From: Candidatus Latescibacterota bacterium | GTDB lineage: Bacteria; Latescibacterota; UBA2968 | Direction: 5' to 3' | Length of the DNA stretch: 64,000 nt | NCBI GenBank assembly: GCA_965116885.1 | Contig: OZ220741.1 | Location: 576,001 to 640,000 of the forward strand | Part shown: piece by piece, positions 37,782-46,468 of the stretch | Numbering within the stretch: the stretch's first letter is position 1 | Layout of the letters: each line of letters begins with the position of its first letter | Program-made: the position numbers and the translations under genes | Notes under the pieces: generated by a model | The model's input: the letters and a program-made list of their open reading frames with translations, nothing else | What the model was told of the DNA's origin: nothing | The model's database searches: none

Positions 37782-38906
37782 ATGAAAATCACCAAACTCG
37801 AAACCTTTCTCGTCAAACCCCGCTGGCTCTTTCTCAAAATGCACACAGACGAGGGCCTCATTGGCCTTGGCGAACCCATCCTCGAAGGACGCGCCCGTAC
37901 ATGCGCTCAAGCCGTAGCAGAACTCGAACCCTATCTCATCGGCAAAGACCCCCGTCGCGTGGTGCATCACTGGCAGGCCATGTATCGCCATGCATTCTAT
38001 CGCGGCGGACCCATTCTCACCAGCGCCCTATCCGGTGTTGAACAAGCACTTTGGGACCTCGCCGGAAAAGCCGCAAACATGCCCGTCTATGAAATGCTCG
38101 GCGGACCCCTGCGCGACCGCATCAAAATGTACAAAGGCACGGGAGGGGGCGGCACACCCGAACAGGCTGCTGCCGCAGTAAAAGAACGCAAAGAACAGGG
38201 ATTTATCGCCATAAAGACCGGACCGGCCAAAATTCGCCCGGCGCGCATCGTCGAATCCCCGGCCTTTATCGATCACGCAGTCGAAACATTTGCCGCCATG
38301 CGCGAAGCTGGCGGACCGGACTTTGACATCGCCATCGACTTTCACGGCGCCATATCACCACAAACCGCCGCCATACTCATCAAAGCACTCGAACCCTACC
38401 AGCCGATGTTTGTCGAAGAACCCATCCAGTGTCAAGACATAGAAGGCATGGCAGAACTCGCGCGCAAAACCCACTTGCCCATCGCAACAGGCGAACGCAT
38501 CTTCACCAAATGGGGCTTCCGCGACCTCCTCGAAAAACGCGCCTGTTCCATCATCCAACCCGACCTGTCACACGCTGGCGGCATCTTCGAAACCCGCCTG
38601 ATCGCGGGCATGGCCGAATCCTATTACGCAGCCGTTGCCCCGCACTGTCCGCTCGGCCCCATTTCATTAGCCGCCTGCATCCAGCTCGACGCCAGCATAC
38701 CCAACTTCCTCGCACAAGAACACACCATGTTTGGCGAAGACTACCTCAAAGAACCGTTCCAATTCAAAGACGGCTACGTCGAATTGCCCAAAGGTCCCGG
38801 CCTTGGCATTGAACTGGACGACGACAAAATGGAAGACAAAATAGGCCACGACTGGACCAATCAAAGATCCCTTCACCCCGACGATGGATCGGTCGTTGAT
38901 TGGTAA
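37782..38906 (+). CDS. dgoD: galactonate dehydratase (mandelate racemase/enolase superfamily)
   Basis: PRWLFLK, GEPILEGRA, FYRGGPIL, DFHG, EEP, TGER, QPDLSHAGGI, PHCPLGPI. Confidence 0.88.
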   Translation: MKITKLETFLVKPRWLFLKMHTDEGLIGLGEPILEGRARTCAQAVAELEPYLIGKDPRRVVHHWQAMYRHAFYRGGPILTSALSGVEQALWDLAGKAANMPVYEMLGGPLRDRIKMYKGTGGGGTPEQAAAAVKERKEQGFIAIKTGPAKIRPARIVESPAFIDHAVETFAAMREAGGPDFDIAIDFHGAISPQTAAILIKALEPYQPMFVEEPIQCQDIEGMAELARKTHLPIATGERIFTKWGFRDLLEKRACSIIQPDLSHAGGIFETRLIAGMAESYYAAVAPHCPLGPISLAACIQLDASIPNFLAQEHTMFGEDYLKEPFQFKDGYVELPKGPGLGIELDDDKMEDKIGHDWTNQRSLHPDDGSVVDW

Positions 38907-38924
38907 AATAGTTTCTCATTGGGA

Positions 38925-38990
38925 CCTACCCCCCTAACCCCCCTTCCTACGAGGAAGGGGGGAATTAGGTCTCCCCGTCTCGGGGAGGGG
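38925..38990. repeat. palindromic repeat family C, right of dgoD
   Basis: CCCCCTTCCT-ACG-AGGAAGGGGG and TCTCCCCGTCTCGGGGAGGGG. Confidence 0.75.
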
Positions 38991-39027
38991 TCATTATGCG
39001 TTTTTAACAATTCCTCAAGGAGACCGC

Positions 39028-39765
39028 ATGTCACAACTCACCGGAAAAATCGCACTCGTCACCGGCAGTGGGCGGGGTATTGGTCGCGCCATCGCCATCG
39101 CCTTTGCCGCAGAAGGAGCCGACCTCATACTCGCCGCACGCACGGCCGAACAACTCGACGCCGTTGCCGAAGAAATTCGCGCCCTCGGTCGCAAAGTTCT
39201 GTCCGTGCCCACCGATGTCACCGATCGCCAGAGCGTAGATGCATTGGCAGAAAAAGTCCGCGGAGAATTTGACCGCCTGGACATCCTCGTCAACAACGCG
39301 GGCGGTGGCATAGAGCGCAACAGCATCCTCGACAGCGATCCCGATGTCTGGATCGAAGACGTCACGGTAAACTGCATCAGCGCCTACCTCGTCTCGCACG
39401 CCCTGCTCCCCCTCATGATTGACTCCGGCGGTGGCAGAGTCATCAACGTGGGATCGGGCATGGGCCACCGCCCCACAGCGAGCAGTTCTGCGTATCACGT
39501 TGGCAAAGCCGGCATGTGGATGTTCACCCAATGCCTATCAGAAGAAGTCTGGGAACACAACATCACAGTCAACGAACTCATCCCCGGGCCGGTAGCCACA
39601 CATCTTACCGGCGGTCGCATGAGAGTGGGTGGCCCACCGCCCTTCGCACCCAGCGAAGTCGTCAAAGCACCCGAAGATGTCGTCCCCCTCGCGCTCTTCT
39701 TAGCCACCCAACCCGACGGGGGACCGACCGCTCAAACCTTCAGCCTGACCCGTCGCCCAATTTAG
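39028..39765 (+). CDS. SDR family oxidoreductase
   Basis: TGSGRGIG, NNAG, YHVGK. Confidence 0.9.
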   Translation: MSQLTGKIALVTGSGRGIGRAIAIAFAAEGADLILAARTAEQLDAVAEEIRALGRKVLSVPTDVTDRQSVDALAEKVRGEFDRLDILVNNAGGGIERNSILDSDPDVWIEDVTVNCISAYLVSHALLPLMIDSGGGRVINVGSGMGHRPTASSSAYHVGKAGMWMFTQCLSEEVWEHNITVNELIPGPVATHLTGGRMRVGGPPPFAPSEVVKAPEDVVPLALFLATQPDGGPTAQTFSLTRRPI

Positions 39766-39879
39766 AACGCGGATTACGCGGATTACGCAGAGGACACGGA
39801 TTGAAGCTAAACCAAAAATCAGTTCAAATAGCCATCGGATTACAGTATTGATCTTATCCATTTCAAAAAAGGAACAGCT

Positions 39880-41832
39880 ATGTCAAAAAAAATCATCGCC
39901 TATGGCATGGACGGATTCATCACCCCTATGATGAAATACTTTGCCGACGAAGGCGTTATCCCAACTTTTAAACGCCTGCTCGACGAGGGCGCAGTCAACG
40001 AAACCTTCCCCTCCTTCCCCGTCTGGACACCCACCAACTGGGCAACCCTCTCCACTGGCGCGCACACCGGCACGCACAGCGTCACGCGCTGGCGCGTCGA
40101 AGTAGGTCCCGGCGAACGCATCAACTCGTTTCACGGTCGCGCCAACAATGCCCAGCGCCTGTGGAACGCCCTCGAACGCGAAGGACTCAAAGGCGTTGCC
40201 CTGCACTATCCGGCAGCGCATCCATCAGGCGTTGAAAAAGGGTACGTAATCGACGGATTTGGTCACCCCGGACACGCCAGCACCGACTATGAAATCGCCG
40301 CAGCACAGGCTTATACCACCGCCGAACACGTCGAAGAAATCGTGCAAATGGACCACGACGGCACAGCCGTGCGCCGGAGACAGCGAAGCATCGAACCCAT
40401 CCCCGCACTATCGCCCGCGGATGGCTGGACCAATCTTCCACAAAGCGCTGCCCCGCCCCTCGCTTCCACCATTGCAATCCACGCGCGCCTCGGCGGCGAC
40501 ATCAACCGCTTTCACCTGCTCGTCTTCGCCAGTGCCAACAGCGGATACGACACCCTGCGCGTCTGCCGCTCCCAAAATGGCAGCGACCACATCGCCGAAA
40601 CCAGCACGGGTGCGTGGAGCAACTGGGCCATCGAACCCTTCTGCATCGAAAGCCGCGAACAACGCGCCTCTGTGCGCTTCAAACTCCTCGAACTCGAACC
40701 CGATGGCTCCCATCTCAAGCTCTACCGCTCTCAAATCACATATAGCGACGGCTTCACATATCCAGATGACCTCGCCGACGAACTCATCCAGCGATTTGGC
40801 CCCTATCAAGAACACGCCTCAATGACCCCCTACACCTCCGGCATGACCGACTTTGACACCGCCCTTGAAGAATGCGAATACCAGGGTCTCTGGTTTGCCG
40901 ATGTCGCCAATTACATGCTCCACGAAAAAGATGCCAATTTCTTCATCTGCCACTGGCACCTCTATGACTACATCAACCACATCCACCTCGACGGCGTCGA
41001 TCCGGTTTGTCCGGCTTACGATCCCGACAAAGCCGACGACATCATGCACCTCTTCCGCAAAGCCTACATTGTGGGCGACAAAATCCTGAAACGCATGTGG
41101 GACGCCGCCGATGACACCACATACGTCGGCGTGCTTTCCGATCACGGCGCATCGCCGGATGTACGCATCGCCAATATCCGAAAATTCCTGCACGACGAAG
41201 GATTCACCGTCCTGAAAGAAGACGCCAGCGACGGCGTCGAGCGCGATGAAGTCCTGGAAAGAGAAATCGACTTTGAAAAAACCCGCGCCTACCTCAAAGA
41301 CGACAAGGGATTCGACATCTGGATCAACGCCGAACCCGGTCCCAAATTCGACGAAATCGAACGCGATGTCCTCCTCGCCCTTCGCACCTGGGTCGATGAA
41401 GACATCGGTCGCAATGTCGTCGCCATCGCCCTGCCCAGACGCGACGCGTACATACTCGGACAATGGGGCGATCAGTGCGGCGACGTCATCTTCGCATGGG
41501 ATCACGGATTCGTCAGCGGGTACTACGGCCAGTGGAAAGGCATTGTGGGCGGCGGCTGCGTAGGCGCACCCGAAGTCTTCGGCGCACACCACGGCGGCTT
41601 CATCCCCACGCGCAGCGATATCTCATCGAGCTTTGGTTCTTTCTTCCTCTCAGGTCCCGGCATCAAAAAAGGCTACGAACGCCCCACCGACAAACTCGGC
41701 TACATCCACGCCGCAGACGTCGTCCCCACGCTTTGTCACATCTTCGGCATTGCGCCACCGGACCAGAGCCAGGGCGCGGTTGCCTATGACATTCTCGAAG
41801 GTCATGAGATGGTGCGGGAACGCCCTGAATAA
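39880..41832 (+). CDS. alkaline phosphatase superfamily (type I phosphodiesterase/nucleotide pyrophosphatase) protein
   Basis: GMDG, TPTNWATLSTG, DYINH, SDHG, DVVPTL. Confidence 0.85.
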   Translation: MSKKIIAYGMDGFITPMMKYFADEGVIPTFKRLLDEGAVNETFPSFPVWTPTNWATLSTGAHTGTHSVTRWRVEVGPGERINSFHGRANNAQRLWNALEREGLKGVALHYPAAHPSGVEKGYVIDGFGHPGHASTDYEIAAAQAYTTAEHVEEIVQMDHDGTAVRRRQRSIEPIPALSPADGWTNLPQSAAPPLASTIAIHARLGGDINRFHLLVFASANSGYDTLRVCRSQNGSDHIAETSTGAWSNWAIEPFCIESREQRASVRFKLLELEPDGSHLKLYRSQITYSDGFTYPDDLADELIQRFGPYQEHASMTPYTSGMTDFDTALEECEYQGLWFADVANYMLHEKDANFFICHWHLYDYINHIHLDGVDPVCPAYDPDKADDIMHLFRKAYIVGDKILKRMWDAADDTTYVGVLSDHGASPDVRIANIRKFLHDEGFTVLKEDASDGVERDEVLEREIDFEKTRAYLKDDKGFDIWINAEPGPKFDEIERDVLLALRTWVDEDIGRNVVAIALPRRDAYILGQWGDQCGDVIFAWDHGFVSGYYGQWKGIVGGGCVGAPEVFGAHHGGFIPTRSDISSSFGSFFLSGPGIKKGYERPTDKLGYIHAADVVPTLCHIFGIAPPDQSQGAVAYDILEGHEMVRERPE

Positions 41833-41839
41833 AAAAAAT

Positions 41840-42583
41840 ATGACACGCCAATTTGCTCTTATTCTTATCACTTGCCTGACGATTACATCCTGTACCGCTA
41901 CGAAGGGTGCAACCGAGGCTGAGTTCAGTTTTACTTTTCAAAGTGATGCCGAAGGCTGGATGGCCGGATTTGCCGATCTTCCCGCCAACTTCGAGCCATC
42001 AATCTACGAACTCGACTCCGGTTATCGCCCTCTTCCATCAGGTCTCGAAGGCAATGGTCTCTACATCCAGGGACATAATCGCAGCGATGACCTCTTCATG
42101 TTTTTCAAGAGGCGGATTGACGGGCTTAAGGCAGATGCGACCTACGCGGTATTCGCGTCCCTCGACCTGGCGACCAATGTTCCGACCAACACCTTTGGCA
42201 TCGGTGGCTCTCCCGGTGAGAGCGTGTACGTAAAAGCGGGAGCCTCTACTGTTGAACCCGTAGCAGAGGGGGCAAACCTCAGACTGAACATCGACAAGGG
42301 AAATCAGTCCAACGGCGGCGCGTCAATGGTCGTGATAGGAAATGTCGCTCATCCCGAAGTTATAGGCAGAGAGTTCCGGCTCAAGTCTCTTGACAATGCC
42401 GACAATCCAGTGAATGTCACGACTAACAGCAAGGGCGAACTCTGGCTGATCGTCGGTACCGACTCTGGCTTTGAGGGACTGAGCACATTCTACTACGCCC
42501 GCATTGCCTACACACTCAAAATAGTGGAATCCCCTAACTCGGAGGCTTCACTCCTCGGGCCGAGTAACCGGAGTGTGGATTAG
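41840..42583 (+). CDS. hypothetical lipoprotein
   Basis: ATG 41840, lipobox ITSC; GW.AGFADLP, GHNRSDDLFMF, GTDSGFEG. Confidence 0.7.
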   Translation: MTRQFALILITCLTITSCTATKGATEAEFSFTFQSDAEGWMAGFADLPANFEPSIYELDSGYRPLPSGLEGNGLYIQGHNRSDDLFMFFKRRIDGLKADATYAVFASLDLATNVPTNTFGIGGSPGESVYVKAGASTVEPVAEGANLRLNIDKGNQSNGGASMVVIGNVAHPEVIGREFRLKSLDNADNPVNVTTNSKGELWLIVGTDSGFEGLSTFYYARIAYTLKIVESPNSEASLLGPSNRSVD

Positions 42584-42671
42584 GTTTGCGCGGCATTCAA
42601 TACCAAAATTCACAACCCTTTATGAACGAGGTTCAGGATGAAAACAGGGTGTGCTTTCAGAAAATGCCCAG

Positions 42672-42703
42672 ATCGCTCCCTACGTGGGAGCGTGGATTGA
42701 AAC
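42672..42703 (+). CRISPR. solitary type I-C-like CRISPR repeat (no array, no cas genes in the window)
   Basis: ATCGCTCCCTACGTGGGAGCGTGGATTGAAAC: 32 nt, stem CGCTCCC/GGGAGCG, 3' ATTGAAAC handle. Confidence 0.8.
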
Positions 42704-42714
42704 TCTTTTTGGAA

Positions 42715-42795
42715 ATCGCCCCCGACCAGAGTTAGGGTGTGATTGCCTATGACATTCTCGAAGGGCATGAGATGGTGCGCGAACTACAGGTATAG
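42715..42795 (+). repeat. displaced, decayed copy of the 3' end of the 39880-41832 gene
   Basis: 42724-42784 vs 41761-41821: 54/61 identical; reads IAPDQS*GVIAYDILEGHEMVRELQV*. Confidence 0.92.
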
Positions 42796-42828
42796 ATCAC
42801 AGTTTTTGATAGCTAACAGCGATAGATG

Positions 42829-42857
42829 TTGACACAAGTTCGGCAGAATGCGATACT
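42829..42857 (+). promoter_or_regulatory. sigma70 promoter of hicBA
   Basis: TTGACA-N17-GATACT with extended TG. Confidence 0.65.
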
Positions 42858-42899
42858 TTCCACGCATTGCACCAAAAGCAAACTGGAAAGGAGTACAAG

Positions 42900-43145
42900 A
42901 TGGTAGAAGGATATCGATTACATCTTCAGATCAGGCGAGTAGAAAACGGTCAACACCTCGCTACCTCTGATGACTTTCCCGGTCTCGTGGCACAAGGAAG
43001 AACTGTGTCTGAAGCGATTGAAATTGCTCAAGACGTTGCAAGAAAACTAATTGAATCCTATCGGGAACATGGCGACATTCTGCCAAAGGGTTTGCAGGCT
43101 ATAAATACAGAGAGCGTTGAATTGGACGTTCTCGTAGGTGTGTGA
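42900..43145 (+). CDS. hicB: HicB-like antitoxin
   Basis: RBS AAGGAG; FPGLVAQGRTVSEAIEIAQD. Confidence 0.82.
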   Translation: MVEGYRLHLQIRRVENGQHLATSDDFPGLVAQGRTVSEAIEIAQDVARKLIESYREHGDILPKGLQAINTESVELDVLVGV

Positions 43146-43369
43146 TGGGTCGGCTGGCAGGTTTTACATATCGACAAGTGACCCGCAAATTGCGGCGGTT
43201 GGGATTCGAATTTGATCGACAAGCACGGGGAAGTCATGAGATCTGGTGGAACCCTGATACGCGACATCGAACCACTATTCCCAATCATCCAAGAGATTTA
43301 CCAGAAGGAACTTTATCCGCAGTTCTTAAGCAAGCGGGTATAACCGCGGAAGAATTCCTTGGAGCGTAG
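43142..43369 (+). CDS. hicA: HicA toxin
   Basis: LGFEFDRQARGSHEIW, TIPNH, GTLSAVLKQAG. Confidence 0.9.
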   Translation: MMGRLAGFTYRQVTRKLRRLGFEFDRQARGSHEIWWNPDTRHRTTIPNHPRDLPEGTLSAVLKQAGITAEEFLGA

Positions 43370-43411
43370 GATGTGCGTATATCTCGCTATCTCCGTTAAA
43401 TGAGGCCCATC

Positions 43412-43672
43412 ATGAAAACAGAATGTGCTTTCTGTGGCCATAAAGAACTCCGGTCTTGCCAAACGCAATATATTTACCGGTACGATGGCAAATTCCTTAT
43501 TGTGGATGATGTGCCATGTCTCCAGTGTGCATATTGCGGCGAGCAATATTTTGAAGGTACGGTATTGCGGGATATTGAAAAACGATTCAATGAACTTCAT
43601 GTCCAGGGACAGAAAGCGAGCAAGGAAGTTCAGATTCCCGTAGAACACTTCACGGACCTTTGCCAAGCCTAA
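43412..43672 (+). CDS. YgiT-type zinc finger protein (MqsA N-terminal-like)
   Basis: CAFCG...VPCLQCAYCGEQYF. Confidence 0.82.
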   Translation: MKTECAFCGHKELRSCQTQYIYRYDGKFLIVDDVPCLQCAYCGEQYFEGTVLRDIEKRFNELHVQGQKASKEVQIPVEHFTDLCQA

Positions 43673-43692
43673 ATGACAGTAAAAAAGAGAAC

Positions 43693-43917
43693 ATGACAAA
43701 ACCATTTGCCATCTGCATCAATAATGAGGGATACGAGGCTTCTCTCGAAGTAGGTAAGGTTTATTGCATCATACCCGATGAAGAAGCCTCCGCCCATGGC
43801 TATATTCGCATCATTGATGAAAGCGGTGAAGATTATGCTTTTGGCGACCACCGCTTTCATCGCGTTGACCTGCCCGATGCTGTTGGTGAGATGTTGGTAT
43901 CTGCACAGCAGGTATAG
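43693..43917 (+). CDS. small conserved hypothetical protein of a type seen in TA-like loci
   Basis: FAICINNEGYEASLE..KVY..RIIDESGEDY. Confidence 0.7.
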   Translation: MTKPFAICINNEGYEASLEVGKVYCIIPDEEASAHGYIRIIDESGEDYAFGDHRFHRVDLPDAVGEMLVSAQQV

Positions 43918-44001
43918 CTCATAAACACAATGGTACAAACAACGGGCGTGCGGGATCGAATCGCACGCCCTTGTGTATTGAAAGAAGACTATCTTTTTAT
44001 C

Positions 44002-44208
44002 TCATGACACCCTCTTGGGCTTTTTCTTTTTATGGACGCAATCCTGGAGATACAGATTGATCAAACTCTGGTATGGAATACCTGTTTCGTCCGCCAAATC
44101 CTTAAAATACGCAATCACATCCGTCCCCAAACGAAGCGTGACCTGCTTTGTAAGATGTTTTGCATAGGGATTCTTGACGGATTTTGAGAAATCGTATTCT
44201 TTTCTCAT
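44002..44208 (-). CDS. brnA: BrnA-family antitoxin (orphan)
   Basis: RBS GAGG; MRKEYDFSKSVKNPY, VTLRL, YFK, GIPYQSLINLYL. Confidence 0.82.
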   Translation of the reverse strand: MRKEYDFSKSVKNPYAKHLTKQVTLRLGTDVIAYFKDLADETGIPYQSLINLYLQDCVHKKKKPKRVS

Positions 44209-44292
44209 TACATATACCTCACACAGCCTCATACCAAAAATCCTGGCAATAAGCGAAAAACTCGCCTCCTTCGACGAGAGAATGGAAACTAT

Positions 44293-44337
44293 TTGACATT
44301 TTATCTTAAAGTGCACACATTATGTGTACACTTTAAG
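44293..44337 (+). promoter_or_regulatory. vapBC promoter and palindromic operator
   Basis: TTGACA at 44293; CTTAAAGTGCACACA-TTA-TGTGTACACTTTAAG (one mismatch) at 44305-44337. Confidence 0.7.
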
Positions 44338-44345
44338 GAGGAATT

Positions 44346-44591
44346 ATGAAAGCATCTATTCTCGACTTAAGACGACGCATGAAAGATGTCTTACTCGCAC
44401 TTGACCGCAACGAAACGGTCACCATTTTTTATCGCGGCAAAGAAAAAGCCATCCTCACTCCCAGCCAACAGCGAACAAACAAATCTGTAAAAGACCACGA
44501 AGCTTTTGGGATGTGGCGAGACAGAAAAGATATGACAGATGTCGATGCTTACGTCCGCAATTTGAGAAAAGGCCGCTTGAATGATTTTTGA
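44346..44591 (+). CDS. Phd/YefM-like antitoxin
   Basis: MKASILDLRR..VTIFYRGKEKAIL..FGMWRDR; overlaps the PIN gene. Confidence 0.8.
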   Translation: MKASILDLRRRMKDVLLALDRNETVTIFYRGKEKAILTPSQQRTNKSVKDHEAFGMWRDRKDMTDVDAYVRNLRKGRLNDF

Positions 44592-44958
44592 TACCGATGT
44601 TATAATATGGGTTTTCAGAGGTCATGAAGAGGCTGCAAAACTCGTTGAAAGTATCGATGAGCGTCAGATATCAATTGTTACGTATATGGAATTTATCCAG
44701 GGAGCGAGAAATCGGCAGGAATTAAAAAAGATCAAAGATTTTCTCACTGACCACGCCTTTCAGACCCTACCTCTCACTGAAAATATCGGACATAGAGCAT
44801 CTGTATATATGGAAGAATATACCCTTAAGACAGCACTGTATATGGCAGATGCTTTAATTGCAGCAACAGCTATTGAACACCATTTAACCCTTTGTACAGC
44901 CAACAGAAAACACTACCACCAAATCAACGAACTCAATCTAAAAATCTTTCGTCCTTGA
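44581..44958 (+). CDS. vapC: VapC/PIN-domain toxin
   Basis: IFDTDVII, YME, ADALIAATA, TANRKHY. Confidence 0.9.
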   Translation: MIFDTDVIIWVFRGHEEAAKLVESIDERQISIVTYMEFIQGARNRQELKKIKDFLTDHAFQTLPLTENIGHRASVYMEEYTLKTALYMADALIAATAIEHHLTLCTANRKHYHQINELNLKIFRP

Positions 44959-44982
44959 CCTCTGACGACCATCTTTAAATTG

Positions 44983-45744
44983 CTACCGACAACAGCGGAA
45001 CCCGATATCCTTCCCCTGCCATCTGGGACTGAGACGTCCGCGCTCTTGCACCCGCACGGCTGGTGCGCCATTTACCCAACTGCCGCCGCGCATCACGCGC
45101 AAGCTCCCGCTCTCTGGTCCCTGGGGATTTTCCCGCGGACTATTGCGATAATAATCCACGCGGTGCCAATCCGCCACCCACTCCCACACATTGCCCGACA
45201 AATCCGCCACCTCAAAAGGACTCATACCATTGGGAAAACTGCCCACAGTCGAGGGCTTGCCCACATGCCCATTAAAATTCAACCGCGTCGGATCGGGATC
45301 CTCATTGCCCCAGGGATAAATACGCCCATCGCCACCCGCAGCCTTTTCCCACTCCGCCTCGGAACACAACCGCTTGCCTGCCCACGCGCAAAAATCCTGT
45401 GCATCAAACCAGGTCACACCAACCACCGGTTGCCGCGCGGCATTAAACCCCACAGAATCGGCACAAGCCGAAGGATCGCGCCCTGTAGTCGCAACAAATA
45501 ATCTGTAATCCGCGTTCACCACCTCAAAGCGATCAATCCAGAAAGCATCCAAAAACACCACATGCTCGGGACCTTCGTCCCGCCCATATTCATTGGTCCC
45601 CATCACAAATTCGCCCGCTGGAATTTCGACCATCTCCTCAATCAACTCGCCCTCTGATTCTGGCTGAACGGGATAATCATCACCGCAACCAGCCAGCAAC
45701 CCCATCCCAATGAGCACGCACAAAAATTTCAAAATATCGCCCAT
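44983..45744 (-). CDS. FGE-sulfatase (SUMF1/EgtB/PvdO) domain lipoprotein
   Basis: Lipobox LAGC, IPAGEFVMG, RLCSEAEWEKAA, GNVWEW, RGGSW, IGFRC. Confidence 0.88.
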   Translation of the reverse strand: MGDILKFLCVLIGMGLLAGCGDDYPVQPESEGELIEEMVEIPAGEFVMGTNEYGRDEGPEHVVFLDAFWIDRFEVVNADYRLFVATTGRDPSACADSVGFNAARQPVVGVTWFDAQDFCAWAGKRLCSEAEWEKAAGGDGRIYPWGNEDPDPTRLNFNGHVGKPSTVGSFPNGMSPFEVADLSGNVWEWVADWHRVDYYRNSPRENPQGPESGSLRVMRGGSWVNGAPAVRVQERGRLSPRWQGKDIGFRCCR

Positions 45745-45826
45745 CGCAGCATCCTGAATGACATCGCCAAAACAGCGGCATCCGAAAGAGGTTGTTTGTT
45801 CTCGAAATCGCGTTTATTTTTCCGTC

Positions 45827-45859
45827 CTGGATCGCGGCTCAAAATCATGCCGCGATGAC
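45827..45859 (+). repeat. palindromic repeat family B, copy 2
   Basis: CTGGATCGCGGC-tcaaaatcat-GCCGCGATGAC. Confidence 0.85.
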
Positions 45860-45899
45860 ATGGGGAGATTGCAGTCCTGTGAATTACGCCGGAGAAATC

Positions 45900-46403
45900 A
45901 TGAACAAAGTCACCACATATTACCTCGAAATGAAATCGCCTTCATCGCTCAACGAAAAAACGGAATCAAATGGACTGCAAGTACACGAATGCGAAATCAA
46001 ACAATATCAATTTAACAAATTCCTATATCAATTCATAGGCGGACCCTATGATTGGACAAATAAACTCTCCTGGTCAGATGAACAATGGAAAGCACATGTA
46101 GAGAACGACAACCTGAGAACATGGCTTGCGCAGTACAAAGGCGCGCCCGCAGGATACTACGAACTCCACAAGCAAGATGATGGCAACGTCGAAATCCTCT
46201 ATTTTGGTCTGACCACCAAATTCATCGGACAGGGCTTTGGGGGTTATCTCTTATCCCATGCAATAAAATCCGCCTGGCAGTGGGGACAAACAAAAAGAGT
46301 ATGGGTACACACCTGCACCCTTGACCATCCACATGCACTGCAAAATTACAAAGCACGAGGCATGGAAGTCTATCGCGTGGAGACTGGTGACCATGAGCCG
46401 TAA
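45900..46403 (+). CDS. GNAT family N-acetyltransferase
   Basis: RBS GGAG; YFGL..FIGQGFGGYLL, VWVHTCTLDHPHALQNYKARG. Confidence 0.88.
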   Translation: MNKVTTYYLEMKSPSSLNEKTESNGLQVHECEIKQYQFNKFLYQFIGGPYDWTNKLSWSDEQWKAHVENDNLRTWLAQYKGAPAGYYELHKQDDGNVEILYFGLTTKFIGQGFGGYLLSHAIKSAWQWGQTKRVWVHTCTLDHPHALQNYKARGMEVYRVETGDHEP

Positions 46404-46414
46404 ATAATGACAAA

Positions 46415-46441
46415 CGGGACGGCACGGGGGCCGTTCCCTAC
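46415..46441 (+). repeat. single REP-like palindrome
   Basis: CGGGACGGCACGGGGGCCGTTCCCTAC, related to 53534-53560. Confidence 0.65.
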
Positions 46442-46468
46442 AACACGCGAACAAACCAAGGAGAACCC

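Noticed and set aside
42672..42760. CRISPR array with a degenerate second repeat at about 42715
   Set aside because: The gap is only ~11 nt and the sequence is better explained as the duplicated gene end
44228..44296. Possible third displaced gene end (LIPKILAISEKLASFDERMETI-stop)
   Set aside because: No parent gene found in the window, so it cannot be supported
42829..44958. Integron cassette array
   Set aside because: No intI and no recognisable repeated attC sites between the small genes
44983..45744. True formylglycine-generating enzyme for the four sulfatases
   Set aside because: It lacks the catalytic Cys pair after RGGS (reads RGGSWVNGAPAVR) and is a lipoprotein
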